This document shows, piece after piece, positions 63,705 to 64,000 of a stretch of DNA of 64,000 bases; positions within the stretch are counted from its first letter, which is position 1; every line of letters starts with the position of its first letter. The stretch is taken from positions 86,862,001-86,926,000 of the forward strand of contig OX597821.1 in the NCBI GenBank assembly GCA_951406725.2. Reading direction: 5' to 3'. The position numbers and the translations under genes were made by a program. The notes beneath the pieces were generated by a model. That model was not told the DNA's origin and made no database searches. It saw only the letters and a list, made by a program, of their open reading frames with translations. Source of the DNA: Octopus vulgaris. Lineage: Eukaryota.

Positions 63705-64000
63705 CTAGAAAAGAAGAAAAAGGAAATATTTTAAGAGATCCTTTCGACGCCCAGTAAAGTTATTAAGACTTATAACTTTAAGACACATGCATACAGAAAG
63801 ACAGTAACCAAACACATTGACTATATTCACACAATAAAACAGTATATGCACAACAACAAGGATGGCCAGTTTTCTCTGTTGTTGTGTGTGCTATATAAAG
63901 GATTATGAGAGACTGATACCTGTCAAAACCAAGGTGTCATGCAGAGGGATTGAACCTGAAACCATGTGGTTGGGAAGCAAACTTCTTAACCACACAGCCA

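Overview
AT-rich, microsatellite- and SINE-dense eukaryotic genomic DNA; the repeat families look like those of an octopus or other coleoid cephalopod (inference). The window holds the 3' part of one large minus-strand gene for a latrophilin/Cirl-like adhesion GPCR (ADGRL family). I reconstructed 12 phase-compatible GT-AG coding exons by hand, from the GAIN/GPS region (63704) through TM1-TM7 to the stop at 8694 (about 663 aa); the N-terminal exons lie beyond the right edge. The main finding is a 75-nt frame-preserving candidate cassette exon (23258-23332) in the middle of the 20.7-kb ICL3 intron, with a UGCAUG (RBFOX) motif just downstream. The introns also carry several SINE families, CR1- and RTE-like LINE ends, a deleted mariner, two non-autonomous Helitrons, piggyBac- and Merlin-like MITEs, several foldback elements embedded in (TA)n, and two degenerate hammerhead-ribozyme-like motifs of the kind found in Penelope-like elements. 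Most ORFs in the supplied track are microsatellite or repeat artefacts.
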